Origin: Mytilus californianus
Lineage: Eukaryota
Assembly (NCBI RefSeq): GCF_021869535.1
Contig: NW_026262685.1
Span: forward strand, 372,001-436,000
DNA: 64,000 bases
Reading direction: 5' to 3'
Below are positions 53,201-64,000 of this stretch, in pieces. Position 1 is the first letter of the stretch; every line of letters begins with the position of its first letter. The translations under genes were made by a program, and so were the position numbers. The notes beneath the pieces were generated by a model. It was not told the origin of the DNA. It searched no databases and saw nothing but the letters and a program-made list of their open reading frames with translations.

Positions 53201-56200
53201 ATCGGCGGGATTTGAATCTATGCTTCTGTTACATTGTGGCCTGCAGTATAGACAGCAACCTCGAGCACTCGGCCAACGAGGCTAATAAAGCTATACTACT
53301 CATCAACACTATTAGTATTTGATATACTTTTCCGTCAATGATTAAATACCTCAGATATTCCATGAGGCTTAAGTATGACATCAAGGACACTCTGCCAGGA
53401 GTTGTAAACTCCTAATGACACACCATACGTTAGACAGATCATCCAAAACTTCACGTTTCTGTTAATAAAAATTCAGTAAACGGATTTAAAACTAGAGACG
53501 ATAAATATCTACATTAATTGTCTATGTTTCTTTCAGCAGAATTAGCAGAAATCCAAATCCAAATATATGATAAAGGATGAAAAGAATTATGACATTTTCA
53601 CGGCATAAGGGTGCTCTTTTATGTACCCTACTCAGGTGACAGAAATAAATTATGGAATGACATTGGATGTACGAGTTCAATATATTGTTTTGAATTATTT
53701 GTGAACAGATGCAGTAAATCTATGTTAAGAAAGATGAAACAATACGGTTGCTACGGAAAATACTATGATAGTTTCTGCATGGTGAATATCTAAATCCAGA
53801 AAAGCGCTACTAACAGACTAAGTTAACGAAGAGTTATTTTCATATAATTTAGACGAGCTCAACAAATGATAGATATGACGTATATATTGTAAAGAACTTA
53901 TATTTAATTCTTTTTCGGAATTTTTGTTTTTCAATGTTCTTTTGATTAATCATTTGGCCTCCTAACTGTTTTGATTCGAGCGCAACTGATGAGTCTTATA
54001 TAGACGAATCACGAGTCTGGCGTTCAAAATCATATGGATCGATGCCGCTGCTGGTGGACAATATCACCATCCGAGTAATCAGCACTTCTGTGCTGACATG
54101 GCATATCTTTAATTAATTCATTTTCTGTAAATTTACTGTTTATAAAATTTTGAATTATTCGAAATACTAACTTAAAGGTATTTCAACCCTAGATATTGAT
54201 AGCTTTAGTTGTATTTAGTAACTTTTCGGAACCTGTGGTTTTCAAAGCTTTTCAATTTTGTATTTGATAAGGCCTTCTAACTGTTTTGGTCGGAGTGCCA
54301 CGAATGTGTCTTATGTAGTCATGACGCGCGTCTGGCGTACCAAATTATATATATGGTAGCGCTTTGGTCAGTTTTTTATTATAAAAAGAAGCAAGGTCAT
54401 AAACAGTGAGTAGTATCGCCTATATTGGCACAAATACTACTTATATATTAAGACTGTAGTTATAGATAACATGACATATCTAATGGTTTTACCTCATTAA
54501 TTGTTTTACCCCTTCTCCAAAATCTACCCTCTCCACAGAAGCTGATACAGTTGGTGGAAGTTTGGGTTTATCTGGGAAGTATATAATCACAAGCAGCAAA
54601 GCTAACACGCACATGCCACATTCTGTTCAACAAAACGAATATTTAAACACAATCAGCCTTAACAGCAGCATATTTCAAATCAACAAGAAAGTAATATAAA
54701 AAACGTTTGATATTGATGAAATGAGGGATACAGCAGATACAATTAGGTCTGATCCATATCTTGACTTACATAAAGAAATCGGTGGTGAAGTACTTTCATG
54801 TAGTTGGGTCATTATAAAAAAAAAACATGCAAATATATGTTATTTGGTCTTTTTAAGTCACAGACATGACAATATATCAAAATAACACTTGTATATGTTA
54901 GATATGAATGTTTTGTGATACATTATATACAGTTTACAGTATGAAATGTTATAAAAACATCCTTAATGTTTTCTGAAACCCTTGGATATAGCCAGAATAA
55001 ACTGTTATTTTTTTTCTATATTACCTTTCAGACATGAAATAGGACTATTATTCATATTCTTTGTTATTAGGATTTATCACTATTTATTGCATTTTGATAT
55101 ATACAAACATTTTTTAATGATTTGGAAAGTGTATCATTTTTTTTAAGTCAGTGGTGTAACCCAAAGACAAATTGGTTGGGTAAGAGTTATCTTTCTCAAG
55201 ATTTCAGCATTTACAATAGTTTCTCCCCTAGCAATGTTACCTGTAAGCATGTAATTCAGACGACACAAAAAATCTATGTTGGAAATTATTGAAAAAATCT
55301 TAAAACTGAGTAAGTAAAAACTACATCGTAAATAAAATTAGTGCCCATAGTGCACCTTTATAAAAATCATTTTCCGAAAGATTTCCGAAACTTTGATTTA
55401 TGAAAAGATATTGATTGTAGAAACATGCACCAGGAACAACATATAAAATAGGGGAATGCATGGAGCACTTAGTTCAACTAAATCTAAAAATACACTTGTA
55501 CGTCATTGGTGTTACTGTCAATGGTGAGACCACTTTAATAAAGTAACACCATTGATCAGTTTAGTAACAACAATGAATATATTATGACAATCAGCAATTT
55601 TTTGTGTTTTTTCATGTTTAACAACCGAAACATCATATTACTTATGAAATATAATACTTATTTAACAATGTTTTAACAATATAATGTATTACCTATACCA
55701 AGTTTTCACAAACTGGTGTATGCTGGTAACACCAAGGACACCATTTAGTAACACTATTGACATTTTTAGTTATTGATGTTATGATATTTAACTCGGGATT
55801 TTTTAGCCTAAGAATTACTTTTTTTTTTTTCTTTTGCTTAGTGTTCTTTAATTGTTTTGTGTTCAGTACTTAATAAAAGTAAAATTAGAACTTTGTTGTC
55901 AATGGTGATACTTTTGTGTAATTGTAGTAACTGATGGGTCAGTGGTGTTACTATATAAAAATGCAATAATTTTTATTTTCTATTAACAAATAATTTAATT
56001 TTGGATGTAACACGTCTTCTGATTGGCTGAAAGTGTTTTGTCTATCAGCTCATAGACATAATTTTGTCATGTGACCGTGACGTCACCAACGGTTTTTTTT
56101 AAATTTACTCCTTAAAAATGGAATTTAGAATTAAATTATAAGGAATGACTGTAATATTTTTTCTGTCTATTCGAAATAACCTAAAAAATGTGGTGCACAC

Positions 56201-59200
56201 TTTTAAGTAACCCGCTACGCGGGTTATTCAGTGTGCACCACATTTTTTATGTTATTTCTTCATAGACAGAAAAAATATTACAGTCATTCCTTAAATGAAA
56301 GTTTATTTAGGCTGTATACGAAGGATTAGGCATTATCTAATCATTCAGTCTTACACATTTAACATATATTCAGTTTTAGTGTATACTTTAGTATAAACAA
56401 CAGCCATAATTAGGACAGCTATGTTTTTTACAACAATTTATTCTGAAATTTATGTTCAAATAGAATGCATACCTATAAAATAATGTCAATAAGTAGTAAT
56501 TTAACCCTTAACAACAAATTGGAATAGTTAATTGGTATTTACAAATATTTTTTAATAAATAAATGCATGTTTTTATTGGTAACACCATTGACATGATTCT
56601 ATCAAAGGATGACCAAAAATTGTTAAAATTGAAGGAACTCCTAATTTTCCCCATTGCATATTTCTGAATATAGTTGCTACCATATTTCAAAATAGCAGGA
56701 CATATTTTAATTTTTAAAACAATGACATCAGTTTCCCGAAATTTCCCTCATCGAAATATGCATGTTTTTTTATAATGATCCAGCTACTAATTTAAAGTTC
56801 ATTCTGAATGGTAAACGGTCGCCATCTTAACTTCTTTTTTTTACCGTGAGCAATTCCTAAAATTTGTCGCACTCACAATTCTGTTAAAGATTGAATATGT
56901 ACGTTTCCATGTAGGAGCGCACAATAACAAAAGTATATGTATTTTTTTAAGTTTACCTTTAAATCTATCAGTACTCACCCCAATACATAAGTTTCATTAT
57001 TTCTTGTCGCTCATCAAGTACTCTTGATCCTGTAAAACAAAGCTGGCTTTAGCAGATCATCCAGCCAGGCTTTTTATATATGTAAGTGGATTATCCTAGA
57101 TTGCTTCAAGTATCATAATAATATACATTTTCAGACCACATATACAGACAAACTAAACCCACTATTGAAAGACAAAATAAACTGAAAATTAACAGACAAA
57201 CTAAACCAAAAATTTAAAACAAACAAACTACGTAATAAAAAAGAAAAACATATTCTGTTTTATTTCAAATAAAATTCGTATAAACACATTAGATTTATGA
57301 AATTACAAGATTTTGAAATCATTCAAAAAAACATTTTTTTTTCTCTCTTATAACTAATTTTATGTAGCCTGTGCTAATATATAAATAACACATAGCTGAG
57401 AGGGTGATAGAGCAGATTGTTACCCCGAGAAAACATTGTCAACTGAGGCGAAGCCAAGGTTGACAATGTCTTTTCGAGGGGTAACAATCTGCTCTATCAC
57501 CCTCTCAGCTATGTGTTATTTAATTTATTATACTGAATGTTCTGTTATTACTGTCGATTAAATTTCAAACTATGACGTCTTGTACATAACAACCATCCGT
57601 ATTTAATAAAGCGCACACTTGATCAAGCATCTCCGTGAAGGGTAATAGAGTAAATTAACACCCTCGTATAAGCCAATCAAAATATTGCATTTTTACGTGA
57701 AGTATAATAATAACTAATGTTATTTAGCCTGTGATGATAACTAATGTTATGTAGCATGTGATAATAACTAATGTTAGTTAGCCTGTGATAATAACTAATG
57801 TTATGTTGCGTGTGATAATAATTAATGTTCTTTAGCCTGTGATAATAACTTATGTTATGTAGCCTGTGATAATAACTAATGTTATTTAGTCTGTGATAAT
57901 AACTAACCATTCGTGATGCTTACGTTGTAAAAAGAACTGTAATTCTTGATATTGCTGAAAGGTAAAATAGCAAATGCATTCATGCCCTAAGTGATCAGAA
58001 TAAACCAGAGGTATTGTGAGATGCGCTAACAAAATGATACCCCGCCCCTTCCAAAGACCTAAAATAATTCGGACCAAAACAAAATAGGAGGTTCACAATA
58101 GCCTTATACGGTTAATATGTTGAGATTACTTCTTTACATTACAGGGAGGGGTTTAGGAGGAGAAACGGACACAAATATGAACAATGCTGTGCGGATATGA
58201 CGATGCCAGTGTCCATATCGATTCAAAGTAAACACCAAAAATTATTCAGATGAAGAAATGATATAGGAGTACGATTCTGTTAAAGTTTGACTAAAATCTG
58301 TCAAGTGGTTCAAGAACAGAAATTTGTTGGTACAAAGGTGGGACAGAAGGACGAACGAACGAACTCCCTCCATCAGTATAGAATGTCTGCTTTAGAAAGC
58401 AGGGTATAATAATGTTCTGATATAACCAGCAGTCATATAGGACTTTTACTTTCTTACTAATCAATGGAAGAAATGCACTTTGAAAATCAAATTATTAAGA
58501 ACGGATTTAGGCATGCAAAAACGTCACTTTTTGTTCGATGAATGCGTTACATACATTCACGCCTTCATTTTATAAAGAAAGAAAGAAATGTTAAATCTCA
58601 TCATCCGTTGATAGACAAATCAAATGGTTAGTTAAGTATAAGTTGGCTCTTACATTATTTTACAATTCCTAATGTATGTATAAGTTCTACTGAGGTAGAT
58701 GCAACCACTGTAAGAACAAGAATCTTCTTATATAATAGTAAAGGAAGGATATGGTGTATCAATTCATGGCACGAAATCACTACGCGCACATGAAAAAAGA
58801 CAAAAATAAAGGTACAGCGCTTTTATAATTTCTTAGTGATTGAGTCCAAGTAAATAGGTTGTTTCGTCAATAGTTATGGTAAATGTATTATACATGTAAC
58901 TAATCATCGGGAACATGAATAATTGTTGCAAGGGTTCCAAATGCGTTTTGCCGATGAAGGAAATTCCTAAACTTTGAATCAAATATAAACACATTTTAAT
59001 TTGGTCGAAGACCAAAATCAATAGTGAGCTGCAAACACAATTAAAGCAATTAAAAAAACAAAGCAGGAATGTTAGAAAAATTATGTAATAGATTTACCTT
59101 GCATTATAAGCTGTAGCATTATTAGTGTCTTGTTTGTCAGGCACGAAGTATGGTCCTATAAATAAATATATATCACCAATATGGAAAATACCGAACCTTA

Positions 59201-60118
59201 TTCTAAGATAAAATATGGATCATTTGATGAATTTTTCTTATATTTCTACGAATTAAACCGTAAAAGTTTATAGAATTATTTAATTTCATGTTCTATTCTG
59301 GAGAGGTAACATCTTGTGTTTCTTATTTCATTCTAAAGCGATAAAATCTTTACATTAGGATAGAGCTTTTTCTGTGAATTATGTTGTCTAATCATGACAT
59401 GTCTGCTTACCTATTATAAACGATATACCGACTCCAAGACTGTTCAATATGGCGCTGATGGCTGTGGATGTTGTTCTTTCATTCACAGGAAACCAGCGAG
59501 CAGAGAGTGCAGGTGGAACTCCCATGGCAACGGGACCAGCTAAACCATTCAGCAGCTGTCCAATATTAACTGTCCTTAAACCAGCAAAATTTGCGATATT
59601 CTATGAAAATTGTTACCAACAGTAATTTGCTCTGCTGAATTACATTTTTATTTTATGGATAATTGTCAATATGATTATGTATAATACTTTTAAATATTCA
59701 AATTCCGCTTGGTTGTCTAACTTTTTGATTGGACTATGGGAGTGAAACAATAAAACTGGAAGTAGACATGCCTCTTGAATTATTGTATAGGTTACTCAGT
59801 TGACCCAACAAATTACGATATAAACCTCGAATATCATTTGGTTGGTATAAAAGCACAAAAAACACAAAAATCTCGACTATGAAAAAAACCATTATGTTTA
59901 CATAACAAAATACAACAAAAAAAACAAAGCTTAAAACAAAACAAAAAAAATGAAAATATAAATATTAAACAACTGTGATTACATTGTATAAGACTATGTA
60001 TAAATTAACACCAAAAGATCGTCTTACCATTTAACATAATCAGGATTATCGGTAATACATCGTACGCCAGCTCCGGCGGCTACCATAACTGCAGCTATCA
60101 ATGTGGCAGATCTTAGCC
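50238..60118 (-). CDS. SLC49A4: SLC49A4/DIRC2-like lysosomal MFS transporter, paralog C (5'-partial, exon 1 off the right edge)
   Basis: Exons 2-12: 60028-60118, 59411-59574, 59098-59155, 57908-57954, 56979-57029, 54493-54622, 53350-53458, 52462-52529, 51865-51983, 51129-51311, 50238-50365 (TAA). Exon 2-11 lengths equal those of B (91,164,58,47,51,130,109,68,119,183) and the frame is open. Confidence 0.92.
50827..51051. mobile_element. MITE, same family, with perfect 7-bp TSD TATACTT
   Basis: TATACTT|GAGGGTCTGGATGGGG...CCTATCCACACCCTC|TATACTT. Confidence 0.8.
53900..54360 (+). mobile_element. Degenerate retrozyme-like tandem: 315-nt monomer between two type I hammerhead motifs
   Basis: Motif 1 (53978-54024): CTGATGA-GTC-TTATATA-GAC-GAAT-CACGAG-TC-TGGCG. 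Motif 2 (54293-54340) is more decayed. The GTC sites at 54017 and 54332 are 315 nt apart, and the monomer is homologous to the reverse complement of 29480-29745. Confidence 0.65.
56139..56293. mobile_element. Fold-back element centred on CCCGC-GTA-GCGGG (minus strand)
   Basis: Perfect outer arms of about 32 bp (TAAGGAATGACTGTAATATTTTTTCTGTCTAT) and inner 19-bp arms. A half copy lies at 4140-4210. Confidence 0.8.
57383..57521. mobile_element. Fold-back element centred on GGC-GAA-GCC
   Basis: Arms 57383-57443 and 57459-57521, with the outer 44 bp perfectly complementary. Confidence 0.8.
57710..57907 (-). repeat. 27-bp tandem array (about 7 units) starting at the paralog C exon 5 donor
   Basis: Minus-strand unit (G/A)TTAGTTATTATCACAGGCTAAATAAC. 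Only the first unit starts with GT. Confidence 0.9.
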
Positions 60119-61081
60119 CTGTAACAGACCAATATCAATGTGGCAGAACTTAGCCCTGTAACAGACCAATATCAATGTGGCAGATCTTAGCCCTGTAACA
60201 AACCAATATCAATGTGACAGATCTTAGCCCTGTAACAGACCAATACCAATGTGGCAGATCTTAGACCTGTAACAGACCAATATCAATGTGGCAGATCTTA
60301 GGCCTGTAACAGACCAATTTCAATGTGGCAGATCTTAGCCCTGTAACAGACCAATATCAATGTGGCAGATCTTAGCCCTGTAACAGACCAATACCAATGT
60401 GGATGATCTTAGTCCTGAAACAGACCAATGTCAATGTTGCAGATCTGAGCCCTGTAACAGACCAATATCAATGTGGCAGATCTTAGCCCTGTAACAGACC
60501 AATATCAATATGGAAGATCTAAGCCCTGTAACAGAATAATATCTTAGCCCTATAACAGACCAATATCAATGTGGAAGATCTTAGCCCTGTAACAGACCAA
60601 TACCAATGTGGCAGATCTTAGCCCTGTAACAGACCAATACCAATGTGGCAGATCTTAGACCTGAACAGACCAATATCAATGTGGCAGATCTTAGGCCTGT
60701 AACAGACCAATATCAATGTGGCAGATCTTAGCCCTGTAACAGACCAATACCAATGTGGAAGATCTTAGCCCTGTAGCAGACCAATATCAATGTGGCAGAT
60801 CTTAGCCCTGTAACAGACCAATATCAATGTGGCAGATCTTAGCCCTGTAACAGACCAATATCAATGTGGCAGATCTTAGCCCTGTAACAGACCAATATCA
60901 ATGTGGAAGATCTTAGCCCTGTAGCAGACCAATATCAATGTGGAAGATCTTAGCCCTGTAACAGACCAATATCAATGTGACAGATCTTAGCCCTGTAACA
61001 GACCAATATCAATGTGGCAGATCTTAGCCTTGTTATAGACCAATATCAATGTGGCAGATCTTAGCCCTGTAACAGACCAAT
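60096..61081 (-). repeat. 37-bp tandem array (about 27 units) made of paralog C exon 2 splice acceptor plus first 23 exon nt
   Basis: Minus-strand unit TTGGTCTGTTACAG|GGCTAAGATCTGCCACATTGATA. The innermost unit is the real exon 2 start (60118). One unit near 60535-60550 is shortened. Confidence 0.96.
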
Positions 61082-61189
61082 TTATGTAGAGCTGTCTAAC
61101 AAAATTATAATTACATGGTGTATGTATGATTTCTAATTTGGCCTCTCATTTTTTTTTTCAATTGTAGTGTCATTGTACACTCCATGCGG

Positions 61190-62760
61190 CGGCGTTAACT
61201 AACTAGCTAAAAGCTTAATATTTAAGAAGGTAGAAGACCTGGATGCTTCATAATTTGTATATAGATGCCTTATGTTGTGAAGTTTCCGTCTGTCATATGG
61301 CCATTGTCTTTAACCTCATTTTCATGGTTCAGTGACTACTTGAAATAAAGTTAATTTTTTTGTAATGTTTATTTCTCACTTATTATGAGTAATCGGATAA
61401 CTATATTTGGTATATGCGTACCTTTCAAGGTCCTCATACATGTCAGACAGTTTTCACTTGACCTCGACCTCATTTCACGGATCAGTAAACAACAAGGTTA
61501 AGTTTCCATGGTCAAGTCCATATCTCAGATACTATAAGCAACAGGTCTACTATATTTGATGTATGGAATGATTGTAAGGTGTACATGTCCAACTGATTGA
61601 CCTCATTTTCATGGTTCAGTGGTTATAGTTAAGTTTTTGTGTTTATACTGTATACAATAGGTCAACTATTTTGGTGTATGGGAATATTTTACGATGTACA
61701 TGTCAGTCTGGCAGGTTTTATTTTACCTTGACCTCATTTTCACGGATCACTGCTCAATGTTAAGTTTTTGTGTATTGGTCTGTTTTTCTTATTTATATAT
61801 ATATATCTATATTAATTTATAGGCAATATGTCAACTATATTTGGTGTATATTTAGAATGATTGGAAGGTGTTTATGTCTGTCTTGCAGGTATCATCTGAC
61901 CTTGACCTCATTTTCATGGTTCATTTGTCAATGTTAGGTTTTCCTGATTAAGTTTGTTTTTTAGATACTCTATGCAATAGATCGACTATATTTGATGTAT
62001 GGAATGATTGTAAGGTGTACATGTCCAACTGCTTGACCTCATTTTCATGGTTCAGTGGTTAAAGTTAAGTTTTTGTGTTTATACTGTATACAATAGGTCA
62101 ACTATTTTGGTGTATGGGAATATTTTACGATGTACATGTCAGTCTGGCAGGTTTTATTTTACCTTGACCTCATTTTCACGGATCACTGCTCAATGTTAAG
62201 TTTTTGTGTATTGGTCTGTTTTTCTTATTTATATATATATATCTATATTAATTTATAGGCAATATGTCAACTATATTTGGTGTATATTTAGAATGATTGG
62301 AAGGTGTTTATGTCTGTCTTGCAGGTATCATCTGACCTTGACCTCATTTTCATGGTTCATTTGTCAATGTTAGGTTTTCCTGATTAAGTTTGTTTTTTAG
62401 ATACTCTATGCAATAGATCGACTATATTTGATGCATGGAATGATTGTAAGGTGTACATGTCTGTCTGGAAGGGTTCATCTGACCTTGACCTCAATTTCAT
62501 GGTTCATTGGTCAATATAAAGTTTTCATGGTTTGGTCTGTTACTTGTACAGTATAATCAATAGGACCACTATATTTGGTGTATGGAATGATTGTAAGGTG
62601 TACATGTATTTCTGGCTTGGTTTATCTGACCTTGACCTCATTTTCTTCGATCATGTTACGTTAATGTGATACTTGTAGTAAAACGTTATATTTAGGACTA
62701 TCAACCTAAAATCAATGGTCAGTAAAGCAGGCGAGATATTTCAACGTGTGCACTCTTATT
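61190..62760 (-). mobile_element. HINE-like satellite carrier with about ten GACCTTGACCTCATTTT subunits and a 436-bp near-perfect duplication
   Basis: The motif recurs every 130-170 bp, and 61551-61986 nearly equals 61987-62422. The putative terminus AATAAGAGTGCACACG (minus strand) is at about 62760. Confidence 0.7.
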
Positions 62761-62899
62761 GACCAAGTTCTGGGCAATTTCTTTTTCGACTCTCTAATTA
62801 TGTTCAACAAACTCGTTTACTTTACGTTTTAGATCATGGATTCACGTATATTTTGGCTTCAGAATTGACTAAAGAGATGAGTATTCTTTAGATAACAAA

Positions 62900-64000
62900 C
62901 GATTGATAAAAGTAAAAGAGGGACGAAAGATACCAGAGGGACAGTCAAACTCATAGATCGAAAACAAACTGACAACGCCATGGCCAAAAATAAAAAGACA
63001 AACAGACAAACAATAGTACAGACGACACAACATAGAAAACTAAAGACTAGGCAACACGAACCCCACCAAAAACTGGGGGTTATCTCAGGTGCTCCGGAAG
63101 GGTAAGCAGATCCTGCTCCACATGTGGCACCCGTCGTGTTGCTTATGTTATTACAAATCCGGTAAATAGTCTAATTCGGTAGGTCACATTCGTGAAAAGG
63201 GAAGGGTATTGTAGTTACGACATAAGGAACATATCCGATATCATCTGTGAAACGGTTATTCCATAACGGTCAACCAACTCGTGATGGCATCCGTAAAATT
63301 TACGAAGGGATGATTTCAACTTCACCATTTGGAACTCTTGGTTTAATAGCTTCCTTGTGAGCAGCAATCCTCTATCAAGGAAATCATGATAGGAAATACA
63401 AGCCCGGGAATATCGTATCTGGGAGATATATACTCCGTATGCAGGCGCTGCTGGAATGTTGCTACATAGAAATGGAAAGTTCACAATTGGGAAGCTGAAA
63501 TCATCTCTTTTGTCGTAAAGTTTTGTTTCCAACCGACCCTCATTGTCAATTTCTAGATGTAAGTCAAGATATGAGGCAGACTTAACTGTATCTGTAGTAT
63601 CCTTTTTCTCTAGTTCGATCGATGGGATAGATTCGTTCAACATAGTCACCAAATTTTGTATTATTTTGTGAGAGAACATCATCTATATAGCGGAACGTAA
63701 AGTTAAAGGATATTGCTAACTTCTTATCTTTCTTCCTAAGAAGTTCCTGTATGAAGTCAGCCTCATAATAATAAAGAAACAAGTCGGCAAGAAGAGGGCA
63801 CAATTGGTTTCCATTGGAATTCAGACAGTCTGTTGAAAAACACGTCCTCCAAACGTAACAAATATGTTGTCAATCAAGAAATCAAGCATCTTGATAATGT
63901 CAGTTTCAGAGAATTTTTTGTTTTAATCAGAGTGATTCTTTACAAAGTAGGATTTATCCCTCCCCAAGACAAGATACAAGATACAAGTAATAGTCTATTG
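62900..64000 (-). mobile_element. Penelope-like retroelement RT (frameshifted) with 3' tail; continues off the window
   Basis: LDFLIDNIFV, LLADLFLY, FRYIDDV, SYLDLHL, KLYDKRDDFSFPIVNFP, AYGVYISQ. Sequence related to the 62900-63130 tail recurs at about 17270-17420, 25670-25900 and 49840-49900. Confidence 0.8.

Noticed and set aside
57677-57910. ORF of NISYYHRL repeats as a glycosylated coding insert
   Set aside because: It lies past the donor, the exon 5 frame hits TAG immediately, and the ORF is a by-product of a 27-bp period.
57924-57954. Frameshift or pseudogene call for paralog C from a 31-nt exon 5
   Set aside because: The downstream GTTAGT donor gives 47 nt, matching B in length and sequon positions.
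58654-58707. 54-nt phase-2 candidate cassette exon in C intron 4
   Set aside because: The splice sites are plausible, but it has no homolog in A or B and is not needed for the frame. Only RNA data could support it.
60096-61081. CRISPR-like appearance of the 37-bp repeats
   Set aside because: The units abut with no unique spacers, there are no cas genes, the context is a eukaryotic intron, and the unit is a splice junction copy.
2128-61081. Arrays as recursive-splicing (AG|GT) sites
   Set aside because: The acceptors are followed by GAC or GGC, not GT, so no donor is regenerated.

Overview
AT-rich animal genomic DNA, most likely a bivalve such as Mytilus (inferred from the C1q-domain gene and repeat content), with one 135-N assembly gap. 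The window holds three tandem minus-strand paralogs of the lysosomal MFS transporter SLC49A4/DIRC2, reconstructed by hand from GT-AG boundaries and frame continuity. A (783-10800) lacks its last exon, which lies off the left edge. B (17867-38175) is complete, with 12 exons and 501 aa. C (50238-60118) lacks exon 1, which lies off the right edge. A 3-exon secreted C1q-domain gene lies on the + strand between A and B. Introns and intergenic DNA contain a split LINE, a decayed THAP/DDE_Tnp_4 transposon, Penelope-like RT fragments, Helentron/HINE-like satellite carriers, MITEs, SINEs, fold-back elements and degenerate hammerhead-ribozyme (retrozyme-like) repeats. The most unusual signal is three independent tandem arrays built on splice sites of these paralogs: about 32 x 56 bp copies of A's exon 9 acceptor plus exon start, about 27 x 37 bp copies of C's exon 2 acceptor plus exon start, and about 7 x 27 bp copies starting exactly at C's exon 5 donor.
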